A DNA stretch of 64,000 nt from positions 42,718,001 to 42,782,000 of the forward strand of contig NC_087249.1 of the NCBI RefSeq assembly GCF_037042905.1. Direction: 5' to 3'. The notes beneath the pieces are model-generated. The model had not been told where the DNA came from. It saw nothing but the letters and a program-made list of their open reading frames with translations, and made no database searches. Every line of letters starts with the position of its first letter. Position 1 is the stretch's first letter. Positions 25,020 through 38,560 of this stretch are shown piece after piece. Both the position numbers and the translations under genes were made by a program. The DNA comes from Lytechinus pictus (taxonomy: Eukaryota).

Positions 25020-26390
25020 GTTGTCCGTCTCAATAATACATCGTTGGTAACTGAAGCAAGTTTGCGATCCATTGCAATAATGCGACATTGGCAGCATGGC
25101 CATACACATACATTTTTTGCTGGGGAGGGGGGCAGCACGCCTAATCTTTTTCGAGAAAAAAAAACCTCGAAAGCGAGGCAATTTTTGCTTTTTTTTAAAA
25201 GTGGAATTGAAGGATTTCTTGCATACTTTAGTGCAATTTCTTGAAAATTTTCAACAACAAAAAATTGTCAAAATTTATGGGGGGGGGGGGGGGTTAACTG
25301 CCTGCCGCACCTGCCCCCCCCCCCCCCCCCCGCTGCGTACGGCCATGATTGGCAGTTGAAACAAGTTCTCGATCCGTCGCAACGTTGACCCACTAGGTCC
25401 CATGGTCCGAGTCGCAATTATGCGACATTGGTAATTGAAGCAAGTTTGCTAACATTGCAATAATGCGACATTGGTAATTGCAGCAAGTTTGCTAACATTG
25501 CAATAATGCGACATTGGTAATTGCAGCAAGTTCGTGGTCCGTCGCAATAATGCGACATTGGTAATTGAAGCAAGTTCGTAATCCGTCGCAATAATGCGAC
25601 ATTGGTAATTGAAGCTAGTTCGCGATCCGTCGCAATAATGCGACATTGGTAATTGAAGCAAGTTCGTAATCCGTCGCAATAATGCGACATTGGTAATTGA
25701 AGCAAGTTTGCTAACATTGCAATAATGCGACATTGGTAATTGAAGCAAGTTTGCTAACATTGCAATAATGCGACATTGGTAATTGCAGCAAGTTCGTGGT
25801 CCGTCGCAATAATGCGACATTGGTAATTGAAGCAAGTTCGTAATCCGTCGCAATAATGCGACATTGGTAATTGAAGCTAGTTCGCGATCCGTCGCAATAA
25901 TGCGACATTGGTAAATGAAACAAGTTCGCGATCTGTCGCAATATTGTGACATTGGTAATTGAAGCAAGTTCGTAATCCGTCGCAATAATGCGACATTGGT
26001 AACTGAAGCAAGTTCGCGACATTGGTACTCATTGAAGCAAGTTTGTGATCTGTCGCAATAACGCGACATTGGTAATTAAAACAAGTTTGTGATCCGTCGC
26101 GATAATGCGACATAGGTAATTGAAGCAAGTTTTGGGATCCGTTGCAATAATGCGACATTGGTAATTAAAGCAAGTTTGTGATCCGTTGCACTAACGCGAC
26201 ATTGGTAATTGAAGCAAGTTTTGGGATCCGTTGCAATAATGCGACATTGGTAAATGAAGCAGGTTTTGGGATCCGTTGCAATAATGCGACATTGGTAATT
26301 GAAGCAACTTGGCTGTTTGTCGCAATTATGCGACATTGGCAGTTAATGAAGCATAAGTTCGCGTTTAGTCGCAATAATGCGACAATGGTC
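25020..26390. repeat. 43-44-bp minisatellite array (~25 units)
   Basis: Unit gcaataatgcgacattggtaattgaagcaagttcgtaatccgtc and a 43-bp variant ending tttgctaacatt; interrupted at 25095-25347. Confidence 0.9.
25095..25347. mobile_element. hAT-like MITE inserted in the minisatellite
   Basis: Termini CATGGCCATAC/GTACGGCCATG; perfect 8-bp TSD ATTGGCAG (25087-25094, 25348-25355). Confidence 0.8.
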
Positions 26391-27498
26391 ATGAGAGGGA
26401 TTGATATTATTGTGCACATCTTAATTCTTCGAATCTGTATTTTTAGTGCATAATCTATATAGGTTTTTGAGCTTGATTGATTTACAGTCGCATTTTTAAG
26501 GTAGAAACAATCAGGAACATCTCTGAATTCACATTTTGGCACTTCAGGTATCAGTCGTTTGTAAAGTCGTCTGGAAAGTCGTGCATAACTTGACAAAGAC
26601 CTCAATGAAACTGTCTCCGGAACACATGCGTATCCATTACACCATGCAGGGACGTGAGAGGGAGAGGAAATTAGGGGGGTTCAAATCTGCGCCTTAAATG
26701 AAACACTGGCCAATTTCAGTACACTTTTGGGTGCAATCTTGCATCCTAAGTGAAAAATGTACAAAATGCACCTTCTATTTCTGTTTGCACTCGGAAATAT
26801 CTGTTTGCATCCTATAAGAGGAACAAATTCTGACAATATTTTTTTGCTTTAAAAAGTAGCAAATTTACACGTTTCAAAAAACGTACAACTCTACACCCTA
26901 AATTATGCAAAGTGTAGTTAACAGCTTCTAATCTATAGCGTGCAATGTTACACCGAAGAGGAGCACATATAGTGTTGTTTTTGAAAGGTGCAAAATTGCA
27001 TTATTTTTTTCTTATGTAGTGTATGCGTTTAGTCAAAGAAAATGCAGTCAGAAGTGAAAGTTTTTAGCATTTGAACAGGAAATGTAGATAACAAAATTGT
27101 TACCAGGCCATACCATTCAAACCAAACACAAATATTTATCAGATTCATTCAGAACAAACTAAAAAGCATTAAACAGGAAAAATAATATGTGATTTTGTTG
27201 AGAGCACAAATGTTGAAATTTGACAGGATAACACCTGACTAGCACGGCTTGATCTGTCTCATGTGATTCTGTAAAGAGAGGATCATGGATTTAGCAATTA
27301 GGAGGGACATATGCCAAGTGATATTATGGTTTTGGTAGATGAGACACAACAATTGAAGCTTGGTCCTCTTTGGGGACCGGAAACCTCCGACTGTCTCGCG
27401 GAGCGGCAGCAGGTTTTTCCCGTCACTTGTCGTCAGGAGAGCAGACTTGGAAATAAACTTGACCGATGGCATTCAGACCTATCAGAAGGACATCTTAA

Positions 27499-28108
27499 AG
27501 GGATGGTCCGGGCTGAAAATATTTATATCTAAAAAAAGAGAGTAAAATTCACAAAGCAAAATGCTGAAAATTTCATCAAAATCGGATAACAAACAAAGTT
27601 ATTAAATTTCAAAGTTTATCAATATTTTGTGAAAACAGTTATACAAATTATGCACATCGTCATGAATACTCATTAGGTGGGTTGATGATGTCACATCCCC
27701 ATTTTCCCTTTTCTTATGTTATTACATGAAATCATAAATGTTTCATTTTTTTCATACACCTGTAAATGATGTGTCTCCATTATGATGAAATAAGTTGCGG
27801 CAATAAAATAACTAATGCACTTAATCAGTTGTCAATCCAATTGTTTTAGTTCTTGGTAGAAAAAAATTTAATAAACCTAATTTCATATAATAAAATACAA
27901 AAGAACTAGTGGGGATATGACATCATCAGCCCACCTAATGCATATTCATAAAGACGTGCCTAGAACTGTTTCACCGGAATAATGCAATTCTTTAAAATTC
28001 AATAACTTTGTTATTTGTTATCCGATTTTGATCAAATTTTCAGCATTTTGCTATGTGAATTTCACTCTGTTTATTGAGATACAAATATTTCCAGCCTGGA
28101 CCATCCCT
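27499..28108. mobile_element. TTAA (Kolobok-like) MITE family B
   Basis: TTAA|AGGGATGGTCCGGGCTG...CAGCCTGGACCATCCCT|TTAA; long imperfect inverted arms. Confidence 0.85.
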
Positions 28109-31100
28109 TTAATGACTGGTATGTAACCCAAACAAGCCAAGCTCGCAATGTGTGGTTAGTCAAACCTGATACGTTTCAGTAACACACACCCCCCCCCCCT
28201 CCTCCTTCCAACATAAAAGGTGAAGAAGTCTGCTAGGTGATAATCCTGAATCACAAAAAAAAAAGGTGCTACCCATACATCGTTTTTTGGGAGTTCAATC
28301 TTGGAATATACAGTGATTTCCAAAGCTCTGACCTCTTAATTTACCCCAATACTTGTTCAGAAAAAATTGCCATATTGATATGCACACGAGGTTATTCTAT
28401 GGCGATTGGCAGCTTTGTGTTGAATTTGTATTTTTTTAACAAGTGCACACCTAGTTACCAATAATGCACATAGCAGTTACATTTATTTGAAAGCAGGATA
28501 AAAAAAGCAATGTAGATTAAATGCGTTACTCAGGGCATAGGTGCCTCGGCCGGGGATCGAACCCCGGACTTGCAGGCACTGGCCCGATTCAGGAAGACTT
28601 ACAAAACCTACAATAATTATGTCCAATTCTTAGAATGTCAGAACTAGTTCAGAAGTTTTAGAACATTATGTCCTGGTTTCTCTCCCTCAGGAAATGGAAT
28701 AGAATCTGTACAAAAATCAGTTTAACAAAATGAAGCAACATGATAATAAAAACAAAGGGCTGGTATGATTGCAAGTCACGATGTGCAGGTGCGTATAATG
28801 GCTGAAATTATGTTTTTTGGTTATTTACAGGGCGATATAACTTTCTATTCTCTTATCACAATTGCAATTATCATTATGACTATAAATTCGATCGAAATTT
28901 TAATCCGAAATGAATTCATTTTAGTTTAAAGGCGGATATCCCCGGAGGTTTGGTCAGAAACTGGTCCAACGTCAGCCTGTCATCGGATGCTCACGGAACG
29001 AAAGACAGTCTCCTTGGGTAATGACGGGGTGTTTAGCCCGGTATCTCATTCCACCATCCTCCTGCTCATTCCGGAAGAATTATATTATAGAAAATATCTT
29101 CCCATCTTTCTCCCCCCTGCCTGATTTAAAAACTATCGCACGAACTTTAAATTGGATTTGAAGCCTCGCAACATCTGTCACAAAACGCCGCGCGCGGAAG
29201 CAGCAAGACCGCGTCCCGGTGGGGCAGGTGCCGTATTGAATTAGAAACCATCGGAAGCGAAACAACAGCACCAACTGTTTCTCAAGAAAAATAAAATAAT
29301 GTAAGCCAACTGTATCTGATGCGGGCCCATAAACAATTTTCGAAAGGAAGGCTGAGAAGACCGAAGTGGTGGTGGATAGTCATTTCGAGATGGATGGAAA
29401 CGATTCTGGCAGGGGTAAAGACAGGTGGATCAAGGGACTGGAGGAGGAGATTGAGGGGTATCAGCACATTTACGTGGTTACCATGACAACCGTTTGATAC
29501 AGAGCCTGAGTGTGGTGTGCATGTTTCTTTGGATGTTGGTGACGAGGGGGACCAGGCCTTGGTGGAACCATGGAGCTATTGTTAATAGCTCCATGGTGGA
29601 ATGGGTCTTAGTAGGGTCCATGTTAGAACGAAGGCCCGAACGAAGGTGTTCCAGGAACTAAAACAGGGAAGGGGGGGGGGGGCATGGAAGGACTGGTGGG
29701 TAAATGACGGGAGATTTTATTAGAGTATATGCTGACATTCCAATTTATTTTGTATTTGATTCTTCGCGAATATTAAAATTTTGAACGCTTGTATTATTGC
29801 ACCCTCACTCGATCGGTACTGTTTTCTATTCTTTAAAAGGACCAATTTAAACACGGACATCTTATACCATAGACATACAGTGAATTGATATCAGAAATCT
29901 AAAAGATCAAATCCCGTAATTTTTCAGCCATTAGATATTGAGAAGATGGTTTTACATATATAATATAAACAAAACAAGATGCGCGAATATCTTTATTTTA
30001 TTCTGACACACCCTGATCAAAAATCGCAATATATATATCTACTAAACATATTTCTATTTCATAAAATCCACAACATAACTGTGTTAGAACATATACGTTC
30101 ATGATTATAATGTATGTATGGCCTTGAACAGTGACATGTAATTTCAGGAGATTTGCCAAAACTGCAGCTACAAATTGTGCACCTTATCCTTCGATGCAAA
30201 TAAATGCTTCCAGTGAAGCGACGTGATTACGAACGACGTATCACATCGGTCGCTGCGCTCGCTCGCTTGCATATGTTTACGTACATTCCCTTGCCCCTTT
30301 TCGAAGATACCCCCTCCCACGCCGCGCACACACCCATGGGTTGCAACACTCGAATGCTGAAGACATATTGGTCGGCTTCTTATATATTCATCAGATTAGA
30401 GATCAAACAGATTTTAGACTCCCTCTTAACTAGTTTTTCCTCCACTTCCCATCTGGAAAAAAAATCTGACCTCTTCCGCGACCGGTATAATACCCTCTCA
30501 GGCTATCGTTCATTCTTGCTCCTGCATTTCCCTCTCTAGTCTATTCAACGTACAAATCATGCCCTCGAGATCGCCATCACAAGACCGGCTCTTTCTCTCT
30601 CCCCTTTCATTCTCTTCTCCTTCAACTTTCTTATATACTTCAAAGTCTGCTCTCCTGTCCCTCTTTTTGGTTTTATCGAAAATCTCCAACATTCCAGTTT
30701 GTAAAGTACTTGTTCTGTTTTCTTTTGTAGCGGAGTAAAATTACCTCTTTGCGCCGGCATTATTCCGAATACTTGAAGGTCATGTTTTGGGACCAAGTTC
30801 CCAATAATCTTCAGAGACAGAAAGGAAAGCCTCAGCCCCCATATCTGCCCCTTTTTTTCATTATGCGGAACAACCAGGTCCACGCCCATGAAGTTAGGAT
30901 ATTATTCAACCAAAGTTATATTCGAAAAAATTTGCTTTACAGTTAGTAGTTTATATCTGATAGGTTGTTGTTTATGGCGGAAGTGGAGATGGGGAGGGGG
31001 GCAGTTCAGTTGATTATACATTATTGTCTCAAGCCCACTAATTGTATATAATTATATACGTATGTCAAACAAGACAAATAAATTACAATCAAATCCGTTT

Positions 31101-31468
31101 GGCATCTAATACTAGTACATGCATGATGGGGACTTGGCTCTTTTCAAAAATTAATTTTTCAATTACCAAATATTTCACAGGAACATTTTTATAAAGCCCC
31201 ACCCCTCCCACATTTCCTTCTTTAGACCATAGAGCTATTACATGTTTAGACTATCTCAACTTCCTTTTTTAGGGGGGGGGGGGTAGTTAACTTTTTGTAG
31301 AGAGGGATTAGTCTTGAAAATACAAAGAACCAACGATGTTCTCTAAGTCCAAAAGCCCAGGTGGTATATTGTCTTATGTCCTCATGAAAGAAAAGTATAA
31401 TTTGAAGTAAAACTATTGAAAAAATGAGATTTTAGCCATTTTATGTATCGGAGTACATGGAAGAAGAG

Positions 31469-34400
31469 TATGGTGGCCCTGAAGGGACATCGCAAATAGA
31501 CCAAATCGCGAATATTCACGACGAAATTGGCGACGAAATTCACGACGTCGCCAATTTCGTCGTCAATTTGAATATTCACGACGAAATTGGCGACGAAATT
31601 CACGACATCGTGAATTTCGTCGTGAATTTGTTTTGCTTGCCTGGGCGGTATGCGGGTTGAAACCAATTCGTCTGCTGCTAATTCCTCCACTCACAACAGG
31701 GTCTACATTCATTTAGTCTAATGCAATTCTGTCCATTAACTTTTCGCCTAACAACCATATATATGGTCCAATAACCATTTGGTCCAGTCATCACTTCGTC
31801 TATAATCACCAGTTCGTCTATGACCATTTCGTCTCATAACTAGTTGGTCTAATATCAATTTTATTTTCCTTAATTTCGCTCAATTAACACTTAGTTCAAT
31901 TAGACTAAATGGCATATGGGATAAATGGCAATCGGACCAACTTGGTTATTAGACAAAATGGCAGTTAGACCATGTGGATAGTGGACGAACTGAGGGTAGA
32001 CCAATTGATAGCAGACGAGTTGGCATTAGACCAATTGAAAAAAAAAACATTGAAACGACAGAACGATGTCCACTGCTATCCATATGCATAGGCGGATCCA
32101 GGGGGAGGAGGGGGCCGAGGCCCCCCCCCCCCCTATTGGCAGAGCGAAAAAAAAAGAAAAAAAAAAGGAGGGAAAAGAGAGTAGAAAAAAGAAGAGGAGG
32201 AGACGAGTGAATAAAGTAAGATGAGGGGAAGACATTGAAATAAAAAGAATATTTCATGACCACTATATAAAATTTTCTTGTTCAATATGGAGTTTAAATA
32301 TCAAGTTTGGAAGTCAATAAACAAAACATATTTCATCTCGAAAATCAAAATTTCATTATTTTGCGTGATTTACAAATTGAAGTTTAAAAAGTGTTCTGTA
32401 AATACGACAGTTTTATGGTCTGAATATTAACATTTTTCGCTCGCGCTGCGCGCTCGCAAATTTCGATTTATCAGGTACCTATTATTTTCGTGTATTCCAT
32501 AAAGTTTTCAAAATGTCCCTTTTCAGGTCTGATTGTCAAAACGTATCAGCTAGCGCTGCACGCTCGCATTTTGATCGTATGTCTCAATATTGATTACTAG
32601 TATACAATCCCCTTTTCATGACAATGCAAAGAATTAGGCTCGCAATTTGCGCTCGCATTAATTGTTAAAATATATTAACTGATGCATCCTATTTATAATT
32701 ACAAAAGTGCTTGAAATGTCCAGTTTTCAGGCCATAATATCATCAGACTTCATGCCCTCATTAGGCATTAATGAATAAGATATTAATTTAATAATAGAAT
32801 TGTCCCTTTTGTTTCATCTTGCGCTTAGCAAGAGGAATAGGAAGACATTCATCATTTTCATATGATGACATGTCCTATACATGTCCTAAGGATGTACCGG
32901 TCCCATGTCAAAACTCAAAATAATTATAATGAAAAAAATCAGCTCTGTGCAATCCATATCCACCTTGCAATTTTCTTACAAAGTGCTTGAAATATAGAGC
33001 TGAAATTGACTTTTTTTCAGATCGGAATATCAAATAGTTTAAGCTCGCGCTTCGCGCTCGCTTTGATTTTCATGATAAAAGATGTATTTAGAATGCCTAG
33101 ATTCTAGGTCTAAATATGAAACACGCGCGCGCATGTTTATTCAGATATTCAACTTGTTCTCTATTCAAATCATTATCCAGTTTCAGATCACAATATAAAC
33201 AGTTTTCTGCTCGCACTTTGTGCTCGCATCATTAATGTAGGAATTACTCATTCTTTTCCAAATTTACAAAACATGAATAGAGTGTCCCGTATTTAGGTCT
33301 AAATCTCGATTTTTTCCGCTCGCGCTTCGCACTCGCATCAATTGTTTAGTTATATAGCTATCCTGTTCACGATTACAAAAATTGATTAAAATTTCCGATT
33401 CTTTATGTAGAAATGTCAAAATTTTTCAGCTTGCGCTTCGCGCTCGCATCAATTGTTTATTATATACCTATTCTGTTTAAGTTACAAAAAGACCTTAGAA
33501 TTTCCATTTTTAAGTAAAAATGTCAAAAAAAATCAGCTCGCGCATCGCGCTCGCATTATTTGATTTTTGAAATATATTATAACGTCTTCATGACTAACTG
33601 CATGCAGTCTTTAACAGGTACCTATTCCACCAATTCATTTCTGCTCGCGCTTCGCGTTCGTAGTAATTATTTATTTGCATACACATCTTTTTTAGGAAAA
33701 CAAACATTGCCCAGAATGTTCAAATTATAGGAAAAAATACATAAGATTTCCAAAAGAATTTAGCTCGCGCTTCGCGCTCACATTATACAAATAAGGATTA
33801 TGATATTATATATTTATGTTGATTTATAAGAATAAAGCTAAGAAGACCACCCCTTCACAGAAACCAAAAATCATCTTCGAGCGGCCGATCGGGGAAAATA
33901 TGGCTGAAAAATAATTCCGCCCCCCCCCCCTATTGGCGAAGGCTGGATCCGCCCCTGGAACACCTAACAGGCAATGCGAGTGCGAAGCGCGAGCGAAAAT
34001 TTTGTATAGTGACATGAAAGATTCTTTTTATTTCCATGTCTTCCCCTCATCTTACTTTATTCACTCGTCTCCTCCTCTTCTTTTTTCTATTCTCTTTTCC
34101 CTCCTTTTTTCTTTTTTTCGCTCTCCCAATAGGGGGGGGGGGGGCGGGCCCCTCGGCCCCCTCCCCCTGGATCCGCCTATGCATATGGGTAGCAGTGGAC
34201 ATCGTTCTGTCGTTTCAATGGTTTATTTTCAATTGGTCTATAATGCCAACTCGTCTGCTATCATTTTGGTCTACCATCAGTTCGTCCACTATCCACATGG
34301 TCTAACTGCCATTTTGTCTAATAACCAAGTTGGTCCAATTGCCATTTATTCCATATGCCATTTGGTCTGATTGAACTAAGTGTTAATTGGGCGAAATGAA

Positions 34401-34738
34401 GGAAAATAAAATTGATATTAGACCAACTAGTTATGAGACGAAATGGTCATAGACGAACTGGTGATTAGACGAAGTGATGACTGGACCAACTGGTTATTGG
34501 ACCATTATGGATGTTAGGCGAAAAGTTACTGGACAGAATTGCATTAGACTAAATGAATGTAGACCCTGTTGTGAGTGGAGGAATTAGCAGCAGACGAATT
34601 GGTTTCAACCCGCATACCGCCCAGGCAAGCAAAACAAATTCACGACGAAATTGGCGACGAAATTCACGACGTCGTGAATTTCGTCGTGAATATTCGCGAT
34701 TTGGTCTATATTTGCGATGTCCCTTCAGGGCCACCATA
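31469..34738. mobile_element. Composite fold-back element with ~750-800-bp inverted arms
   Basis: Termini TATGGTGGCCCTGAAGGGACATCGCAAAT and its reverse complement; 3-bp flanking repeat GAG (31466-31468, 34739-34741). Arms ~31469-32277 and ~33995-34738. Confidence 0.85.
32087..33957 (+). mobile_element. hAT-like element (CA(T/G)RGGCGGATCC termini) forming the core of the fold-back
   Basis: cataggcggatcca...ggatccgcccctg; about a dozen GCTCGCGCTTCGCGCTCGC-type motifs. No TSD. Confidence 0.7.
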
Positions 34739-36561
34739 GAGTAGTCCTTGCCGTACATCACTATACAATCATGACTTGTATGCGGCCAATTTGAAGTTCC
34801 GTGGGTATAGTGATTACCACTTTTTACAATTTTAAAAAGTTAATAACTTTCTTATTGTTTGTCCAATATTGCTCAAAATTTTACCTATCAATTTGTCTGA
34901 TTCTTCTATTTCCTCTACAAACAAGTTTTATTTGGGTTGGATTCCCCTTTAAATATTGTTATTTTTACCGATCTCTGTGGCCTATAATGGGGTATTGACT
35001 CAAATGTTATTGACTTAATTGGTATTGGTCGCTATCACGATGTAATTGACGTAACATAGTCCTGTCAGATTCACTTTCCGACCAATGGGGCAATGAAACG
35101 AATATTTTGAAGCTGTTAACTAAGTTTAAATAGGGAATGCCATTTTTTAAAGCTTGCGAGTGAGCAAAGAAATCGAAGCAAATTCAACATAGTATGCATG
35201 CATGGACCTAGGACCATGGGTATATGCAATATAATATGTTCATTTTAAGAAGATGACCATGGACCTGCTAGGGGTCTAACCAACCATTTTCAATAACAGA
35301 AATCGATGCCAACTAGAAATAAAACAAAAATCAATGATTCAGCAAAATGGGCATACCTTTTTTTAGGGGGGGGGGATGAGGATTTTTTTTTTCATTTAGA
35401 TTTTCTTGGGTCTCCAGTTCCAAAACTCCTCAACATTTTGAACCACATAATATAACATGTAAAATGTGATGATATATAGGATTTCGAGGAAACCACTTCA
35501 TAATTTCGAAGAGAACATTTTGGAAAAGCCATGCGTCGGCATTTTTGGCACACCGTTTGTTTGGTGAGCTTAATTTGCTTATTGCTCAGTTCCAACTTGG
35601 CATGTGTGCACGACGTGTTTTATAGCGGAAATCATCAACGAGTATTTATCTCTCGAAGTTTGGCGCGAAATAGATTGTCTGGTCAAACAGAAATAAGGTT
35701 TATGATCATTCACGGATGATGATAAAAATGACAATGAATGCAAGAGGCTCGATTTACCACCTGCAATAAAACAAATCCGTGTATTTTCTGCATTTCCGAT
35801 ATTGTGGATGGGGGAGGGGGGGGTGGGGGGAAGGCCCGGGGTACAACCATGTACGGGCTGAAACGTCGGCAAAAATGTTGAAGAGGACCCTGCTTTCCAA
35901 TCGCTGTAAAATTTTGAGTGTTTGACGGATGGGCAGAGAGCGCTCAAACAAACAATTGCCAGTGTAATTAGAGGAGGCGGAGAAGCGGGATATCAAAAAA
36001 TCAAGGTATAAGTCAGAAATTAGGTCACACGAAATGACCTTTGCTCACCCTTATCTTGGGCCTAATCTATTTGCGTTCGTTGTTTGACCATGGACGTATG
36101 TACTCTAAACGGGCGGGAATCGTCCGACATTTTATTTTCACACATTCCTGTTTTTTTTTCTATCTCTATCTCTCTTTATTTCCCAATCTCATCTTTGTTT
36201 TATCTTATTATGGAAGAGATAAAATGACGGTCATTGCACTCATCCACATTATGTTTAAAAGGCGTGTAGATGGATGATTCTGGTAATCCGGTACATTGGA
36301 TCAGGAAATTTTATGTTTCCCGATGCTCGGTGTGATATAGCATTTCCTAATTTTAATCATAAAACTAAAATAACTTACTGAGTTATGATAAAGAACACAT
36401 AAAATGCCTATAGGCTATATAGAGGCAGTTGAATAGCCAGAGATCACAAATTTATATTAGTTTCATTTCGTTAATTTATTTTTTTCCTTAAACAATTACT
36501 GATATATCTTCTTTCTCTTTTTTCTTTGAAATTCATTTTTTTGGGTAAGCCTCATTATCAA

Positions 36562-37155
36562 AGTACAAGTCCACCCCAACAAAAAGTTATTTTGAATAAA
36601 AAGAAAAAAATCCAACAAGCATAACACTGAAAATTTCATCAAAATTGGATGTGAAATAAGAAAGTTATGACAATTTAAATTTTCGCTTGATTAAAAAAAA
36701 CAGTTATATGCACATTATGGTCAATATGCAAATGAGGTGACTGATGACGTCATCTCCTCACTATTTCTTTTTGTATTTTATTATATGAAATATGAAATAT
36801 TCTCATTTTCTCCTCATTGTCAACTGAAACAATGGGTATTTCCTCCACGAACATGGGGAATTAGCATTGTTTATGGTTCAGTCAAGTTGGTCCTTAGTGT
36901 CAAATCTGTAAAGAATAAACTATTGTATAATTCAAACAATAGAAAACAAAATAATAGAGAGTGAGGGACATCATTGACCGTCTCATTTGCATGTCACTGA
37001 GTTGTGCATATCACTGTTTTGTGAAAAATAAGCGAAACTTTAAAATGTCATAACTTTCTTATTATATATCCGATTTTGATGAAATTTTCAGCGTTATGCT
37101 AGTTTGATTTTTCTCTATTTATTCAAATCAACATTTTCTTGGGTGGACTTGACCT
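36562..37155 (-). mobile_element. TTAA (Kolobok-like) MITE family A
   Basis: Reverse-orientation copy of 45062-45653; ends GTGGACTTGACCT|TTAA. Confidence 0.8.
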
Positions 37156-38334
37156 TTAAATACAAAAATAGTATTAAGCCTAGTAAATCTTTATTCAACT
37201 ATAAAACTCTTTAACCTTTTACTGTCATTCTCATTTGAACTTTCTATTATTTTATTTCATGGGGGGGGGGTCGTGTCTTTCTCCTCAATATATAAACCTT
37301 CTTTTGGTGAACATAGTATAGGATATGCCAACTTTTTATTGGGGTTGCAATGGTTATTAAAAAAATACCTACAAAATTACTTTGCCAAAAAAAAAAACAT
37401 GTGCAGTTATGTTTTTTTTTTTAAAATACTTCCGGAGGTCTTGCCCGCCAGTTGTGGCTATAGTCTGTATGCGCAGACCTGTTTTAAATGTAATGTCATT
37501 TTCTTAACCAAATTTGAAATAGCGCAATGAGACAGGATTAACCGCTAATAAACGCAATTAAAATTTAAGCATGGTTGTGCATTGAAGTCGATTTACAGTG
37601 GCATGAATTTCTTTACCAGAATCAAGCTAGAGCCATTGTCTTTATTCATTATTTTTTTATGAGCAGAGGATTTGCAGGTAGACTAAACCGTGACCACATG
37701 AACAAACACTAGGTAAAATCCGAAGCCCACGTGCAAAAACGACATTTGAAGCGATTATAATAAACTGTGGTTTCCCTTTTTATTTTCGACATACACACCT
37801 GAACAAGTAATTCCGGTATAGGCTAGAAATTCAGGCAGTATTCTGCAACTCATAACCAAAAAAAATACCATTGCTCCTTTCCCGTTTTTTCCTTCGATCT
37901 GGTCAGAATGAAAACATCAATTGAATTATAGAGTGGAGCACTTACTTCTACATTATAATCATAGATGACGAACAATTAATTAGAGAGTAGCAGCTACATC
38001 GTGTTCTCGGTTCACATAGACTGAATTCTTAGACTAGTACAGGTTAAACTCACTCCTCGTACCTGGGCGGCATTTATGTGAAGATGTGAATAAACAAAGT
38101 GAGAGGTACTGAGGGAGAGCGAGAGAGGGGAGGGGGGGGGGGGTCTCGGTGTTTGCTTCCTTCGCTCTCTGGGGCTACTTCCTGTTCAATCATGTGTAAT
38201 GTAAACCACAGGTTAATGGCCGATAATGCTTGCAAAAAAATGGGAAACAAAGAAAAAAAGTACAAGACTTATCGGGTGTATCAACCTCCTCGTGTACACG
38301 TGACAAAGGCGTACCTCCATACCTCCTCACCACA

Positions 38335-38560
38335 CGTCCACCACCACCATCATCACCATCGACGTTATCGTAATAACGACCATAATCATCTTCACCACCA
38401 CCACCATCGGCACAATAACCACCTTTACTATCATCATCATCATCATCATCATCACTATCATCACCATCATCATCATCATCACCATCATCATCATCACCAT
38501 CGTCATAATCACCACCATTATCACCACCATCACTATCTTCGCATCGTAATCATCATACAG
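38335..38560. repeat. (CAT/CAC)n trinucleotide microsatellite
   Basis: Visible repeat; it generates the spurious poly-His and poly-Met ORFs. Confidence 0.9.

Noticed and set aside
25416-26390. CRISPR-like appearance (conserved ~32-bp core plus short variable segment) and repetitive ORFs of 86-206 aa
   Set aside because: The variable parts are only ~12 bp, related to each other and recurrent. There are no cas genes and the context is eukaryotic. It is a minisatellite, and the ORFs are by-products.
31382-31690. Repetitive acidic ORFs (IHDEIGDEIHD...)
   Set aside because: Translation of CACGACGAAATT sub-terminal repeats of the fold-back element.
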